Origin: an uncultured bacterium
GTDB taxonomy: Bacteria; Desulfobacterota_D; UBA1144; Nemesobacterales; UBA2774
Length of the DNA stretch: 64,000 bases
Assembly (NCBI GenBank): GCA_963825135.1
Contig: CAWGRW010000009.1
Location: 1,056,001 to 1,120,000, forward strand
Direction of reading: 5' to 3'
Of the stretch, positions 37,794 through 47,590 are shown in pieces. The notes under the pieces are model-generated. The model had not been told where the DNA came from. It did not search any database and was given only the letters and a program-made list of their open reading frames with translations. Both the position numbers and the translations under genes were made by a program. Within the stretch, counting starts at the first letter, position 1. The number at the start of each line of letters is the position of its first letter.

Positions 37794-39478
37794 GCTACCT
37801 CGTCATTATTCATCTGCTTTAACTTTTCCCTGAGCACGTCTCCCAGCTTGACCGACGGTTCTCCCTGAGACGATATGAAGTTTGAGACCATTTCTTTGTC
37901 CTGCCACTGGTCGTACTTCCTTTTGCTGAGGTTAATCTGTCTTACCCGCTTGTCGAACCCGATCACCTGGGCCGTTATTTCGTCTCCGACATTAAAGCTT
38001 TTGGTAGTATCCCTCTGCCCCTTTTCCTGGCTCAGCTCGCTCGCCTTTATATATCCCTCGATGCCGTCTTCCAACTCCAGCACAATCCCGCTGTCTTTAA
38101 TTAATTTAACCTTTCCGGTTACCGAGGACTGTCCGGTCTTGTATTTTTTCTGTGCTTCCACCCACGGATCCGAAGAAAGCTGCTTTAATCCGAGTCCCAT
38201 CCTCTGGTTCTTGTCGTCGACGCTGAGAACGACGACTTCGATTTCGCTTCCCTTTTCAAAGGATTCCTCAGGATTTATCCTTCCTGTCCACGATACGTTG
38301 TCGGGTCTTACCAGTCCCACTATATTCTCGTCGACTTCTACGAACAACCCCTTGTCGGTGACGTTCTTTATTGCCCCCTTTATCCTCGATCCCGGCGGGT
38401 TTTTTTCTTTAAAAAGCTGCCATGGGCTAGGCTCAATCTGCTTCAGGCTGAGAGAAATCCTCCTGTTGGCTGTGTCGGTATCGAGCACGACCACTTCCAC
38501 GACGCTGCCCGCCTGCACGATCTCTTTAGGGTGTCGGAATTTTTTCGTCCATGTGATCTCGGAAATATGTACGAGCCCCTCGATGCCGGGCTCGAGCTCG
38601 ACAAAAACGCCAAAGTCCGTTATCGAAACAACCTTTCCTTTAAACTGAGACCCCGCCGGGTATTTTTCTTTCACTGAAGTCCAGGGGTCAGGGGTTGTAT
38701 CCTTATAGCTCAAGGTGATTTTATTGGCTTCGTCTATCTTTAGCGCAATTACTTTTATTTCCTGGTTTTTCGACAGCACATCTCCGGGGCTGGCAACTCT
38801 GCCCCAGGAAAGCTCGCTGACCGGAATGAAGCCCTCAATGCCGCCCAGGTCGATAAATACGCCCTGGTTGATGATATTGACGACCTTCCCCGGCATCTCT
38901 TTGCCTACCTCTATCCTGGAAAGGGTCTCTTTTTTAAGGATCTCCCTCTCTTCTTCGAGATAGACCCTCCTCGACAGCACGATGTCGTTTCCCGTGAGTT
39001 TTATAATCCTGGCCTCGATCGTTTCACCGACGAGACTGTCCAAATCCTGCCTGGGGGATATATCGATCTGCGATCCGGGTATAAAGGCCCTAATCTCGAT
39101 CTTGTCCCCTATATCGGCGATGACTCCGCCCTTGACCTTCTGCGTGATCCTCGCTTTTATGAGTTCGCCCTTATCAAAGGATTCCTGGATTCTCTTGTTT
39201 TCCTTGATCTGCTCGGCCTTAATTCTCGATAGTCTGGGCAGACCCTCGTTTGCCCAGTTGTCGAACATAACCTCGACTTCCTCGCCGATATTTACGTCCG
39301 GTACCCCGCTTTTGTTGTAAAATTCCTGTATCGGGACGACTCCCTCCGATTTCGAGCCGAAATCAATAAAAACGTCATCCTGATCGATGCGGACGACGAG
39401 TCCCTTAAAGACTTTTCCCTTGTCCGGCACATTCATGCTCTCATCAACTAATTCCGCGAAATCTTTCTCTTCTGCCAT
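37790..39478 (-). CDS. rpsA: 30S ribosomal protein S1
   Basis: Six S1 repeats ('FIPGSQID', 'DFGVFVELEPGIEGLVHISEITW'), downstream of cmk. Confidence 0.93.
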   Translation of the reverse strand: MAEEKDFAELVDESMNVPDKGKVFKGLVVRIDQDDVFIDFGSKSEGVVPIQEFYNKSGVPDVNIGEEVEVMFDNWANEGLPRLSRIKAEQIKENKRIQESFDKGELIKARITQKVKGGVIADIGDKIEIRAFIPGSQIDISPRQDLDSLVGETIEARIIKLTGNDIVLSRRVYLEEEREILKKETLSRIEVGKEMPGKVVNIINQGVFIDLGGIEGFIPVSELSWGRVASPGDVLSKNQEIKVIALKIDEANKITLSYKDTTPDPWTSVKEKYPAGSQFKGKVVSITDFGVFVELEPGIEGLVHISEITWTKKFRHPKEIVQAGSVVEVVVLDTDTANRRISLSLKQIEPSPWQLFKEKNPPGSRIKGAIKNVTDKGLFVEVDENIVGLVRPDNVSWTGRINPEESFEKGSEIEVVVLSVDDKNQRMGLGLKQLSSDPWVEAQKKYKTGQSSVTGKVKLIKDSGIVLELEDGIEGYIKASELSQEKGQRDTTKSFNVGDEITAQVIGFDKRVRQINLSKRKYDQWQDKEMVSNFISSQGEPSVKLGDVLREKLKQMNNDEVA

Positions 39479-39567
39479 AGACCTTCCTTCTTTTCGTATA
39501 TATCTATTAAAATTAACTGTCTGATTTCATTTTGGGAAGTAGGATTAGGTAGTGTTAAAAACTCTTG

Positions 39568-40224
39568 CTAACCTTGAACTTCTTTGATTATCCTGTCTGT
39601 AACTTCATCAGACGACAGATTTGTAGTATCTATTATGACCGCATTAACCGCCGGATGCAAGGGAGATTCCGAGCGCTCCATGTCCTGGGCGTCCCTTTTT
39701 ATTATTTCATTTTTCACACTATCGATGTCTGCGATATCACCTGATTGCGCGAGCTGTTCCCGCCTCCTTCGGGCCCTTTCGTCAAGAGAGGCGTCCAGGT
39801 AAAACTTGAACTCCGCGTCGGGGAATACGTAAGTCCCCATGTCCCTCCCCTCGGCCACCATGTCGCCGTTTTTCCCGATACGCCGCTGCAGATGAACGAG
39901 TTTTACTCTCACGGCCCTCTTCGTCGCCACGTCGGACGACAGCCTCGAGACCTCGGGCGTCCTTATCTTATCCGTGACGTCTTCGTTGTTCAGCAATATG
40001 ACGAGAGCGCCGTCTTCTTTCCTGCCGAATCCGATTTCAGTATTATTCAGGAGTGATTCGAGCCTCTTATCGTCGTCGATAGCGACAGAGTCCCGTCTGA
40101 CCTGGAGCGCGACAGCCCTGTACATCGCCCCGGTATCGAGATATGTGAATCCCAGCTTCCGGGCAACCAGTCTTGAAACGGTGCTTTTTCCGACCCCCGA
40201 CGGGCCGTCTATAGTTATTATCAT
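39568..40224 (-). CDS. cmk: Cytidylate kinase
   Basis: 'IDGPSGVGKST', 'LDTGAMYR', 'EGRDMGT.VFPDA'. Confidence 0.96.
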   Translation of the reverse strand: MIITIDGPSGVGKSTVSRLVARKLGFTYLDTGAMYRAVALQVRRDSVAIDDDKRLESLLNNTEIGFGRKEDGALVILLNNEDVTDKIRTPEVSRLSSDVATKRAVRVKLVHLQRRIGKNGDMVAEGRDMGTYVFPDAEFKFYLDASLDERARRRREQLAQSGDIADIDSVKNEIIKRDAQDMERSESPLHPAVNAVIIDTTNLSSDEVTDRIIKEVQG

Positions 40225-40289
40225 CTCATTAATTTGACTTGGCGTGACAGGGCGGGTCCTGCCTAACCGCCTGTAATGATTAGTCTCGT

Positions 40290-41579
40290 TTATTTGCGCA
40301 GCCTCCCGAGGGTTTCAAAAAACCCCGGAAAGGATATGGAGACGCATTCCGGGTCGTCGATCTCGGTCTCACCTCTCGCCCGCGTGGCCGCGACCGCAAC
40401 CGCCATCGCGATCCTGTGGTCGCCCCAGCTCGAACACTTCGCACCCGTTAAAGACGTCCCTCCGCTGATCGACATGCCGTCCTCAAACTCGGTTACGCGG
40501 GCTCCGAGCTTAAGGAGTTCCGATGTCATCGCCTTTATCCTGTCCGTTTCCTTTACCCTGAGCTCGCTTGCGTCTCTGATGATTGTCTCGCCCTCGGCGA
40601 AGCACGCGGCGGCCGCTATCACGGGGAGCTCGTCTATCGCCTTCGGTATCATCTCTCCCTCGATCAAGGCGGCACGCAAACCGCTCGACTTTACGACTAT
40701 GTCCCCGACCGGCTCTCCCGAGACTTCCCTCTCGTTAGTTACTTCTATATTCCCGCCCATCTGCCTGAGTACGTCGATTACGCCCGTCCTCAGCGGGTTG
40801 ACCCCGACATTCCTGATCAGGAGCTCGGAGCCCGGATTGATCAGCGCCCCCACGATGAAGAACGCGGCTGAGGACAGGTCCGCGGGCACCGATATATCGC
40901 GTCCTGCAAATTCCTTCTGTCTCTTTATTCTGATGCCGTTACCCTTTTTTTGGAGCTTCACCCCGAAGTACGAAAGCATTCTTTCCGTATGGTCTCTCGT
41001 GGCCTCGGGCTCGACGACCTCCGTTTCCCCTTCGGCGTAGAGTCCGGCGAGAAGGAGCGCGGATTTCACCTGCGCGCTCGCTACGGGAAGCTTATAAGAG
41101 ATCCCTGCGAGGCGGCCCCCTTCGATCCCGAGGGGGAGTTTGTTTCCGCCTTCCCTCCCCGTAATTTTTGCTCCCATCAGCCTCAGGGGCTCGACTACCC
41201 TTTTCATGGGCCTCGCCCTCAGGTATTTGTCGCCCGTTACGGCCGTAAAAAAGCCCTGGGCGCTCAAAAGTCCCGTGAGGAGCCTGGTCGTCGTACCGGA
41301 ATTCCCTGCGTCGAGCACGTCCTCGGGTTCTCTCAGACCAAATAGCCCTTTCCCCGCGATCTTTACGTCGCTGCCATTTATTTCGATATCAATACCCAGC
41401 TTCCTCATCGCGTTGGCCGTAGAAATCGTGTCCTCGCAATTGAGGAACCCTCTGACCTCGGTCGTCCCCGACGCGAGGGACCCTATCATCAAGGACCTGT
41501 GCGAAACCGACTTGTCCCCGGGGGGAGTTAATTCGCCCGTGAGCGGTTTTGTTTTTCCTTTGATATTCTCTCTGCTCAT
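40290..41579 (-). CDS. aroA: EPSP synthase (class II)
   Basis: 'PGDKSVSHR', 'GNSGTT', 'SAQVKS', 'RDHTE', 'KETDRI', 'DHRIAM'. Start trimmed to ATG 41579. Confidence 0.96.
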   Translation of the reverse strand: MSRENIKGKTKPLTGELTPPGDKSVSHRSLMIGSLASGTTEVRGFLNCEDTISTANAMRKLGIDIEINGSDVKIAGKGLFGLREPEDVLDAGNSGTTTRLLTGLLSAQGFFTAVTGDKYLRARPMKRVVEPLRLMGAKITGREGGNKLPLGIEGGRLAGISYKLPVASAQVKSALLLAGLYAEGETEVVEPEATRDHTERMLSYFGVKLQKKGNGIRIKRQKEFAGRDISVPADLSSAAFFIVGALINPGSELLIRNVGVNPLRTGVIDVLRQMGGNIEVTNEREVSGEPVGDIVVKSSGLRAALIEGEMIPKAIDELPVIAAAACFAEGETIIRDASELRVKETDRIKAMTSELLKLGARVTEFEDGMSISGGTSLTGAKCSSWGDHRIAMAVAVAATRARGETEIDDPECVSISFPGFFETLGRLRK

Positions 41580-41682
41580 AGCTTTATAATAACGAAAACC
41601 GGGGTCAGGTAAAAATTTAATTTCGCCTGACATATACCGGAGGTAAAATTGTACATCAATTATTGAGTCCGGGGAGTAAGAG

Positions 41683-42663
41683 ATGATAGATTCTTTAACG
41701 GTGCGGGCGGCCTTCTCGACAGGGGTAATAATTCTGATGTCCGTCATGATTCTATTGGCCGCGCCGGTTAGCCGCGCAGCTCTATGCCGAAAATGGAGCG
41801 AAGCGGAAAAGGCGGGCGCTCTCGACTATCTCCAGATCGACGAGGCGAGCGGGATCGCCTCTTCGAGGAGGTTTCCGGGCAGGCTCTACCATGTAAACGA
41901 CTCCGGGAGCGGCCCCTATTTTTATGTAAGCGATTCAGGCGGCGGGAAGACCAGGGCCGTCAGGATCGAAGGCTTCGACGACGCCGGGTCCGATTTCGAA
42001 GACGCCTCATACGGCGATTGCTTATCCGGAAAGGCCTGTTTTTTCATCGCTGACATCGGCGACAACGGCAAAAAAAGGAAGTTCGTCGAGATAATAGCAA
42101 TTGAGGAGGCTGAAAAATTTGGTCGTTCGGTCGCTCCGCTCAAGGTATTGAAGCTTACATATCCCGACCGTCCCCATAACGCGGAGGCCATGGCCATACA
42201 TCCGAACGGCGATATTTACATATTCACGAAAGAGGAAGACGTCGATAATCTGGAGTCGTTCCCCGCGAAGCTGTTCAAGATAAGAAAAGATAAATGGGAA
42301 AACGCAGGCGCAGGCGAGCAGGCGCTCGAATACGTCGGGGAGCTCGATCTCCCTCGTTTGAGTAATTCCGACTCCTCGTTCGGGAGCGTGATTACATCGT
42401 TCGATATAGCTCCCGACGGGAAGACTTTCCTCGTACTCACTTACGAGGACGCGTTTGAGTTCGATATCGACCTCTCGCCGCCGGGGCTAAAGCCCTCCGG
42501 CGAGCTCGTCAGGGATAGGGACTACAGAGCTATAAAATTAAAGTCTCTGCCTCAGCAGGAAAGCATTTCGTATGTCGAGGAGGGTAGGGGCTTTATTTAT
42601 GATTCGGAATACCATGTTTTCGATGTTCCGATAATGAAGGTAGAGTGTCTCGACGGCCGGTAG
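41683..42663 (+). CDS. Exported protein, probable beta-propeller (phytase/SdiA-regulated-like)
   Basis: Signal peptide and blade-like motifs 'EASGIA', 'HVNDSG', 'DFED', 'ADIGDN', 'HNAEAM', 'QQESI'. Confidence 0.65.
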   Translation: MIDSLTVRAAFSTGVIILMSVMILLAAPVSRAALCRKWSEAEKAGALDYLQIDEASGIASSRRFPGRLYHVNDSGSGPYFYVSDSGGGKTRAVRIEGFDDAGSDFEDASYGDCLSGKACFFIADIGDNGKKRKFVEIIAIEEAEKFGRSVAPLKVLKLTYPDRPHNAEAMAIHPNGDIYIFTKEEDVDNLESFPAKLFKIRKDKWENAGAGEQALEYVGELDLPRLSNSDSSFGSVITSFDIAPDGKTFLVLTYEDAFEFDIDLSPPGLKPSGELVRDRDYRAIKLKSLPQQESISYVEEGRGFIYDSEYHVFDVPIMKVECLDGR

Positions 42664-42674
42664 CGGTTATACGG

Positions 42675-43550
42675 TCAGTTCAGCAGAAACGCAATAATAA
42701 CGGGTGTCGTGATGACGGAGATAAGCGTCCCCGCAAGTATAATAGAGGCCACTCTCTCCGAGTCCTGGTTGTATTTCTCGGCGAGGACGAAATTGAATAT
42801 CGCGGGCGGCATGGCCGACTGTAGAATCACGACCTTGGCGGCGACACCGTCGAGCTTGAAGATCGAGACGGTCAGAATACCCAGAATAACCCCGAAGAAT
42901 ATCCTCATGCCCCCCACGAGGAACGATTTGTTCACGTCTGTGAGAGCGACCTCCGATAGTTTATATCCCAGCGCGAATATCATCGTCGGTATGCTCGCCT
43001 CCCCCAGGAGGTCGAATGCCCTGAATACCGCGGTCGGCATCGTCCACCCCGAGACGCTCAGCAGCACCCCTGCTACGGCTGAATAGACGAGCGGGAGCCT
43101 GAATATCTCGAACGGGCTTTCGTCGTAGTTGAGTATCAATATGCCGAGCGTGTAGTGGAGTATCGTGGTCGAGACCATATAGAGTATCGCCACGTTGAAC
43201 CCGGTCTCGCCGAAAGCGAAGAGCACGAGGGGCAGGCCCATGTTCCCTGTATTCGCGAAGAGCGCAGGAGGCAGATAGACCTTGACCGGCAATTTGAGCG
43301 CCCTTATTATCCCGAGGCAGATAATGAGCGATACGCCGATGATAATGCATACCGATATGAACACCTTTCCGGCGAGAAATATGTCGATAGTGTCCCTCGA
43401 AAGGGAGGATATTATCAGCGCGGGGGTGGCGAGGTATATCACGAATTCATTGATGGGGGAGAGGTCTATCTTCTTCCATTTCCCGAAAACATAGCCCGAG
43501 AGCGCGATGAGGAAAACCGGCAGAACTACGTCAGCGATCTGACTAATTAT
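42675..43550 (-). CDS. AEC (auxin efflux carrier) family transporter, probable ATA start
   Basis: 'NTGNMGLP', 'QSAMPPA', and the family-type N-terminus 'VVLPVFLIALSGY' upstream of the first GTG. SD GGAGGTGA precedes ATA 43550. Confidence 0.8.
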   Translation of the reverse strand: MISQIADVVLPVFLIALSGYVFGKWKKIDLSPINEFVIYLATPALIISSLSRDTIDIFLAGKVFISVCIIIGVSLIICLGIIRALKLPVKVYLPPALFANTGNMGLPLVLFAFGETGFNVAILYMVSTTILHYTLGILILNYDESPFEIFRLPLVYSAVAGVLLSVSGWTMPTAVFRAFDLLGEASIPTMIFALGYKLSEVALTDVNKSFLVGGMRIFFGVILGILTVSIFKLDGVAAKVVILQSAMPPAIFNFVLAEKYNQDSERVASIILAGTLISVITTPVIIAFLLN

Positions 43551-43678
43551 GGCTCTTCACCTCCCATTTAAATCAGGACCGGCTTTGAACAAGGAATTTA
43601 ATTTTACGCTGGATAGTTCGAATTAACAAAAGGCGGAAAGAATCGGTCGGATGTACTGATTCGGAATGTATACAGGAC

Positions 43679-44656
43679 TTACCATCTTATGACGGCCGCG
43701 CCCCAGGTAAAACCGGCGCCGAATACCGATATAAGTATCGTATCCCCTTTCTTGACCCTGCCGCCCCTGACCGCTTCATCGAGCGCAAGAGGGACAGAAG
43801 CGGATGAAGTGTTACCGTACCTGTCGAGGTTGCAGAATACCTTCTCCTCCGGCAGCCCTATTCTCTTTCTCACAGCCTCGAGTATCCGGAGGTTCGCCTG
43901 ATGCGGTATGAAGAGGTCTATTTCCTCAGGAGTGATATCGGCCATTTTTATCGCTTCGAGCGAGGAAGATTCGAGGGCCTTTACCGCTTCCTTAAACACC
44001 TCCTTCCCCTTCATTTTCAGGAAGTGGCATTTGTTTTTTATACTCTCTTCGCTTGGCGGCATTCGAGAGCCTCCGCCCGGCATATACAGGAGTTCCCATT
44101 CGCTTCCGTTAGCCCCGAGACAGATGGAGAGTATCCCCGGAGTGTCGGATGCGGATATCACGGCGGCCCCAGCCCCGTCCCCGAAGAGAATACAGGTGGA
44201 TCTGTCTTCGAAGTCCGTTATTTTGGAAAGGGTCTCGGCGCCTATGATGAGGAGTTTTTTCGCATCGCCGCATCCTATTATCCCCTTGCCCGCCTGAAGG
44301 GCGTATAAGAATCCCGAACAGCCGGCGAGGAGGTCGAACGCAAACGCTTTTTTGGCCCCCAGGCGGCTCTGGAGGATGCAGGCCGTCGACGGGAAGAGGT
44401 AATCCGGTGTAACCGTCCCGACAATGATGCCGTCGAGGTCGCCTGCGTCCACCCCGGCGCTTTCAAGGGCCTTTAGAGACGCCTCATACGCTATATCGGA
44501 TGTCGCGATATCGGGTTCGACTATTCTTCTCTCCCGTATCCCGGTCCTCGTCTGTATCCATTCGTCCGAGGTATCGACCAGCTTTTCGAGGTCGAGATTA
44601 GTTAATATTTTCTCCGGCGCTAACGAACCTGTGCCTAAGAACCTAACAAAACTCAA
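43679..44656 (-). CDS. fabH: 3-oxoacyl-ACP synthase III
   Basis: 'TSDEWIQTRTGIRERR', 'AGCSGF', 'LFGDGAGA', 'PHQANLRI', 'YGNTSSAS'. Confidence 0.95.
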   Translation of the reverse strand: MSFVRFLGTGSLAPEKILTNLDLEKLVDTSDEWIQTRTGIRERRIVEPDIATSDIAYEASLKALESAGVDAGDLDGIIVGTVTPDYLFPSTACILQSRLGAKKAFAFDLLAGCSGFLYALQAGKGIIGCGDAKKLLIIGAETLSKITDFEDRSTCILFGDGAGAAVISASDTPGILSICLGANGSEWELLYMPGGGSRMPPSEESIKNKCHFLKMKGKEVFKEAVKALESSSLEAIKMADITPEEIDLFIPHQANLRILEAVRKRIGLPEEKVFCNLDRYGNTSSASVPLALDEAVRGGRVKKGDTILISVFGAGFTWGAAVIRW

Positions 44657-44719
44657 ATTTATCGCTTCTCCTTACGTCGTTGAGGGGAATAGTATCAGGT
44701 ATGAGGCATATTTGTCAAA

Positions 44720-45184
44720 CTAGCTTCCCGCCTCGATTAATAACGACTTTAATCCCGCGGCTTGCTCCGCCGAAATCTCCGCCCGTATCATCAATTCCAC
44801 GCCTGAGCTATAGAGGAGTATGTCGAACCGCCTATCATTGCACATTTTTTTGAGTGTCTCCATCTCGCCAACGGATTCCGTACTGAAAAAGTACTCAAAT
44901 CGGAACGATTTATTTTTCTTTGTATCAATATGAAGGTTAAACGCGAGCGAAGGGAATTCGGGTCTCTCGATAAGCTCGAAATCTATTGTAATCGTTTGAA
45001 ATTCTTTCATCATTTGAATCTTATCGGCGGCGTCTTTAATTATCAGAGCCGGTATGTCGTCGATGCAGACGAACAGGCACCCCGAATCGATCATCGAAAG
45101 AGAGAGTTCGGTATCGGGATGAAGCACGCGTTTATCATTAGTTCTTTTTCGTAGAAAAGGCTTGAGAAGAAACGACAGCAACAT
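44720..45184 (-). CDS. Hypothetical protein
   Basis: ORF fills the gap and GGAGG precedes ATG 45184. No motif recognised. Confidence 0.55.
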   Translation of the reverse strand: MLLSFLLKPFLRKRTNDKRVLHPDTELSLSMIDSGCLFVCIDDIPALIIKDAADKIQMMKEFQTITIDFELIERPEFPSLAFNLHIDTKKNKSFRFEYFFSTESVGEMETLKKMCNDRRFDILLYSSGVELMIRAEISAEQAAGLKSLLIEAGS

Positions 45185-45472
45185 ACCCTCCGGATTCCCG
45201 GTAATTCTATTACAAGCGCGATTATTAGCAACGTGAGATCGATACGGCCGGGCCCCCCTGGGATTCCCGGAAACCGGCCCGATAACGATCTCAGGCGAAT
45301 TTTTATCTTGACACGGGCACATGAAATTTATTAGTATCAAGGTATGGGTGGTGCATTAAAGGGGTTAAGTTAATAAGATATTCACAGAATTGGGGTATTC
45401 AAAAGAAATGGGGGCTGGTTTTGTGATGGTAAATTGAGATCTACATAATTTTCACACGGAGGAAAGTTAGAA

Positions 45473-45706
45473 ATGATGTGGACATTGATTATTATAGGCC
45501 TGGCTTTTTTTATGTGGCGTTTTATGCAGCCGCAGGGGAGTCAATCTGCAGCCGCAAGCGCAGCGCCCCCGCCTCCCGCCCCGCCTCCCGCCGCTTCATC
45601 CGGCGACGATCCATTTAAATCGGCTGCGGCGACAGAGAGCGGAGGGTCTCCTCCGAAGGCATCGTCTTCAGGGGAAGTCGATCCGTTCAAGGCTCCCGGC
45701 ACGTAG
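45473..45706 (+). CDS. Small single-pass membrane protein with Pro/Ala/Ser-rich tail
   Basis: RBS GGAGG, upstream TTGACA-18 bp-TAGTAT, N-terminal TM and two 'DPFK' motifs. Confidence 0.7.
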   Translation: MMWTLIIIGLAFFMWRFMQPQGSQSAAASAAPPPPAPPPAASSGDDPFKSAAATESGGSPPKASSSGEVDPFKAPGT

Positions 45707-45773
45707 CGCGGAAACGGCGCGGTTTTATCGCCTGTCAGCGTAATAAACGGCTCTTCGGAAACGGCCTGGTTCT

Positions 45774-46775
45774 TTAAACGATAATTTCTTTCTTTGTCCG
45801 TATCAGCAGCCAGAGAAAGAATACGCCGCCCACGGATGCTGTAATTATTCCTACCGGTATCTCGACAGGAGATATCAGGGTTCTCGAGACCGTATCCGCC
45901 GCCATCAGGAATGAAGCGCCTAAAAGAAATGAGCAGGGAAGAATTATTCTGTTGTCTACCCCCAGTACCATCCTCAGGATGTGGGGTATGATGAGTCCCA
46001 CGAAACCTATGGGGCCTGTTACCGATATTACGGCTCCGGCCGAAAGCGATGTCGCGAAGTAGATGAGGTTTTGCATTTTCTTTACGTTGACCCCGAGCGA
46101 TGACGCGACGTCGTCCCCGAGGCCGAACAGGTTCATATCCTTGGTCATCGATAGGAGTATCAGGCAGCCCGGGATTACGAATATGAGAGTTTTCCAGACC
46201 TCATCGAACCCCACTATGTCGAGACTCCCCATTATCCAGCGCATGGTCTGCAGCGACTCCGTGAAGTTGGAAAAGAACTGTATGAAGAGGACGAAGGCGG
46301 AGTAAAGGAAATTCATCACAACCCCTGCCAGCAGGAGTCGTCCCGTCGCGACCACGCCGCCGACCTTCGAGACGTTGTAGACAAAGATCATCGTCAGGAG
46401 CGCAAATAAAAACGCCAAGATCGAGACCATGGAGAATCCGAGGACTCCGGCGGCGAGCCCGAGCCTTATTCCGATGAGCGCGCCCAAAGAGGCCCCGCCC
46501 GATATGCCGAGAGTGAAAGGGGATGCGAGGGGGTTCCTGAAGAGAGCCTGGAGCGCCGCGCCGCAAATAGCGAGCGTCCCGCCGGCGACGGTCGCCATGA
46601 GCACCCTGGGTATCCTGATTTTATAAAAGATAGTGTTCGCGAGCTCGTCCCCTCTGAAAAGCGCGCCGAGATGGCTCATGTCGTAAGTTCCCGAAAGCAC
46701 GCTTATCACGGCTATTACGACCCAGAGCAGAAACAAGACGCTTAACGAGATTATGAATTTTTTCTTCGCTATCAT
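45774..46775 (-). CDS. btuC: Cobalamin/iron-chelate ABC permease (FecCD/BtuC)
   Basis: 'IRIPRVL', 'QALFRNPLASPFTLGISGGA', 'GPIGFVGLIIPH'. Lies in the B12-riboswitch operon. Confidence 0.85.
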   Translation of the reverse strand: MIAKKKFIISLSVLFLLWVVIAVISVLSGTYDMSHLGALFRGDELANTIFYKIRIPRVLMATVAGGTLAICGAALQALFRNPLASPFTLGISGGASLGALIGIRLGLAAGVLGFSMVSILAFLFALLTMIFVYNVSKVGGVVATGRLLLAGVVMNFLYSAFVLFIQFFSNFTESLQTMRWIMGSLDIVGFDEVWKTLIFVIPGCLILLSMTKDMNLFGLGDDVASSLGVNVKKMQNLIYFATSLSAGAVISVTGPIGFVGLIIPHILRMVLGVDNRIILPCSFLLGASFLMAADTVSRTLISPVEIPVGIITASVGGVFFLWLLIRTKKEIIV

Positions 46776-46816
46776 GTGCGTTGCCGGGAAAGCCCGATTA
46801 GTGACCCCTTTCTCAA

Positions 46817-47590
46817 TCAATCTCCGGGGTAAATAAAAATTTTTCCATCCTCCCTTTTGACCGTGACTTCAATTCCGTATAGCGAGCTCAGGTTCTCCCG
46901 GTTGATAACGGACTCGGTACTTCCGTTGGCAAAGACGCTCCCGTCTTTAATCATTACTATTTCGTCGAAATAGAAGATGGCGTTGAATATATCGTGCGTG
47001 GCCGCGATTATGAGTATCCCGCGTTCCTCTTTCAGCCTCCGGAGCAGGTTCATGATTTCGCTCCTGTGTCTGATGTCGAGAAAAGTCGCGGGCTCGTCGA
47101 GTATCATGACCTCGGGTTCCTGCACGAGCGCCCTCGCTATCGATGCGAGCTGCCTCTCCCCCGCCGAGGTTTCGGTAATCAGCCTGTTGCTGAGATGAGG
47201 GATTCCCACCGTATCCATCGCCCTCTTCGCGGCGTCCCGGTCTATCTCCCTCTCGAATTCGAACCTGCCTATGTAGGGCGCCCTGCCCATGAGGATTACT
47301 TCCGATACCGTGAACGGGAACGCGAAGACCGGGTCCTGCGGAATATAGGCGATCTTTTTTGCGATCTCCCTTTTGTCCAAACTCAATAGGGGCTTGTTCT
47401 TAAATAACACGTCCCCGTTCTGCGCTTTAAGGATCCCTGTGATTATCTTAAGGAGCGTCGACTTGCCCGCCCCGTTCGCGCCCAGTATCCCGAGCATATT
47501 ACCCTTGCCGAGATTGAGATTGATATCCGTGAGTATGTCTCCGCCCCCGTATGAAAAAGAGACGTCCCTGCACTCAATTAATGTTTCCAT
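46817..47590 (-). CDS. btuD: Cobalamin/iron-chelate ABC ATPase
   Basis: GANGAGKST, 'TSAGERQ' signature variant, 'LDEPATFLD'. Confidence 0.85.
   Translation of the reverse strand: METLIECRDVSFSYGGGDILTDINLNLGKGNMLGILGANGAGKSTLLKIITGILKAQNGDVLFKNKPLLSLDKREIAKKIAYIPQDPVFAFPFTVSEVILMGRAPYIGRFEFEREIDRDAAKRAMDTVGIPHLSNRLITETSAGERQLASIARALVQEPEVMILDEPATFLDIRHRSEIMNLLRRLKEERGILIIAATHDIFNAIFYFDEIVMIKDGSVFANGSTESVINRENLSSLYGIEVTVKREDGKIFIYPGD

Noticed and set aside
37875..41040. Long plus-strand ORFs (257 aa and 254 aa) opposite rpsA and aroA
   Set aside because: Antisense shadows of well-recognised genes: Ser/Leu/Pro-rich, no motifs, no RBS.
41580..41747. 55-aa N-terminal extension on aroA, and similar extensions on purH, maf and btuC in the ORF track
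   Set aside because: Artefacts of longest-ORF calling. Family homology begins at downstream ATGs, and the aroA extension overlaps the divergent gene.
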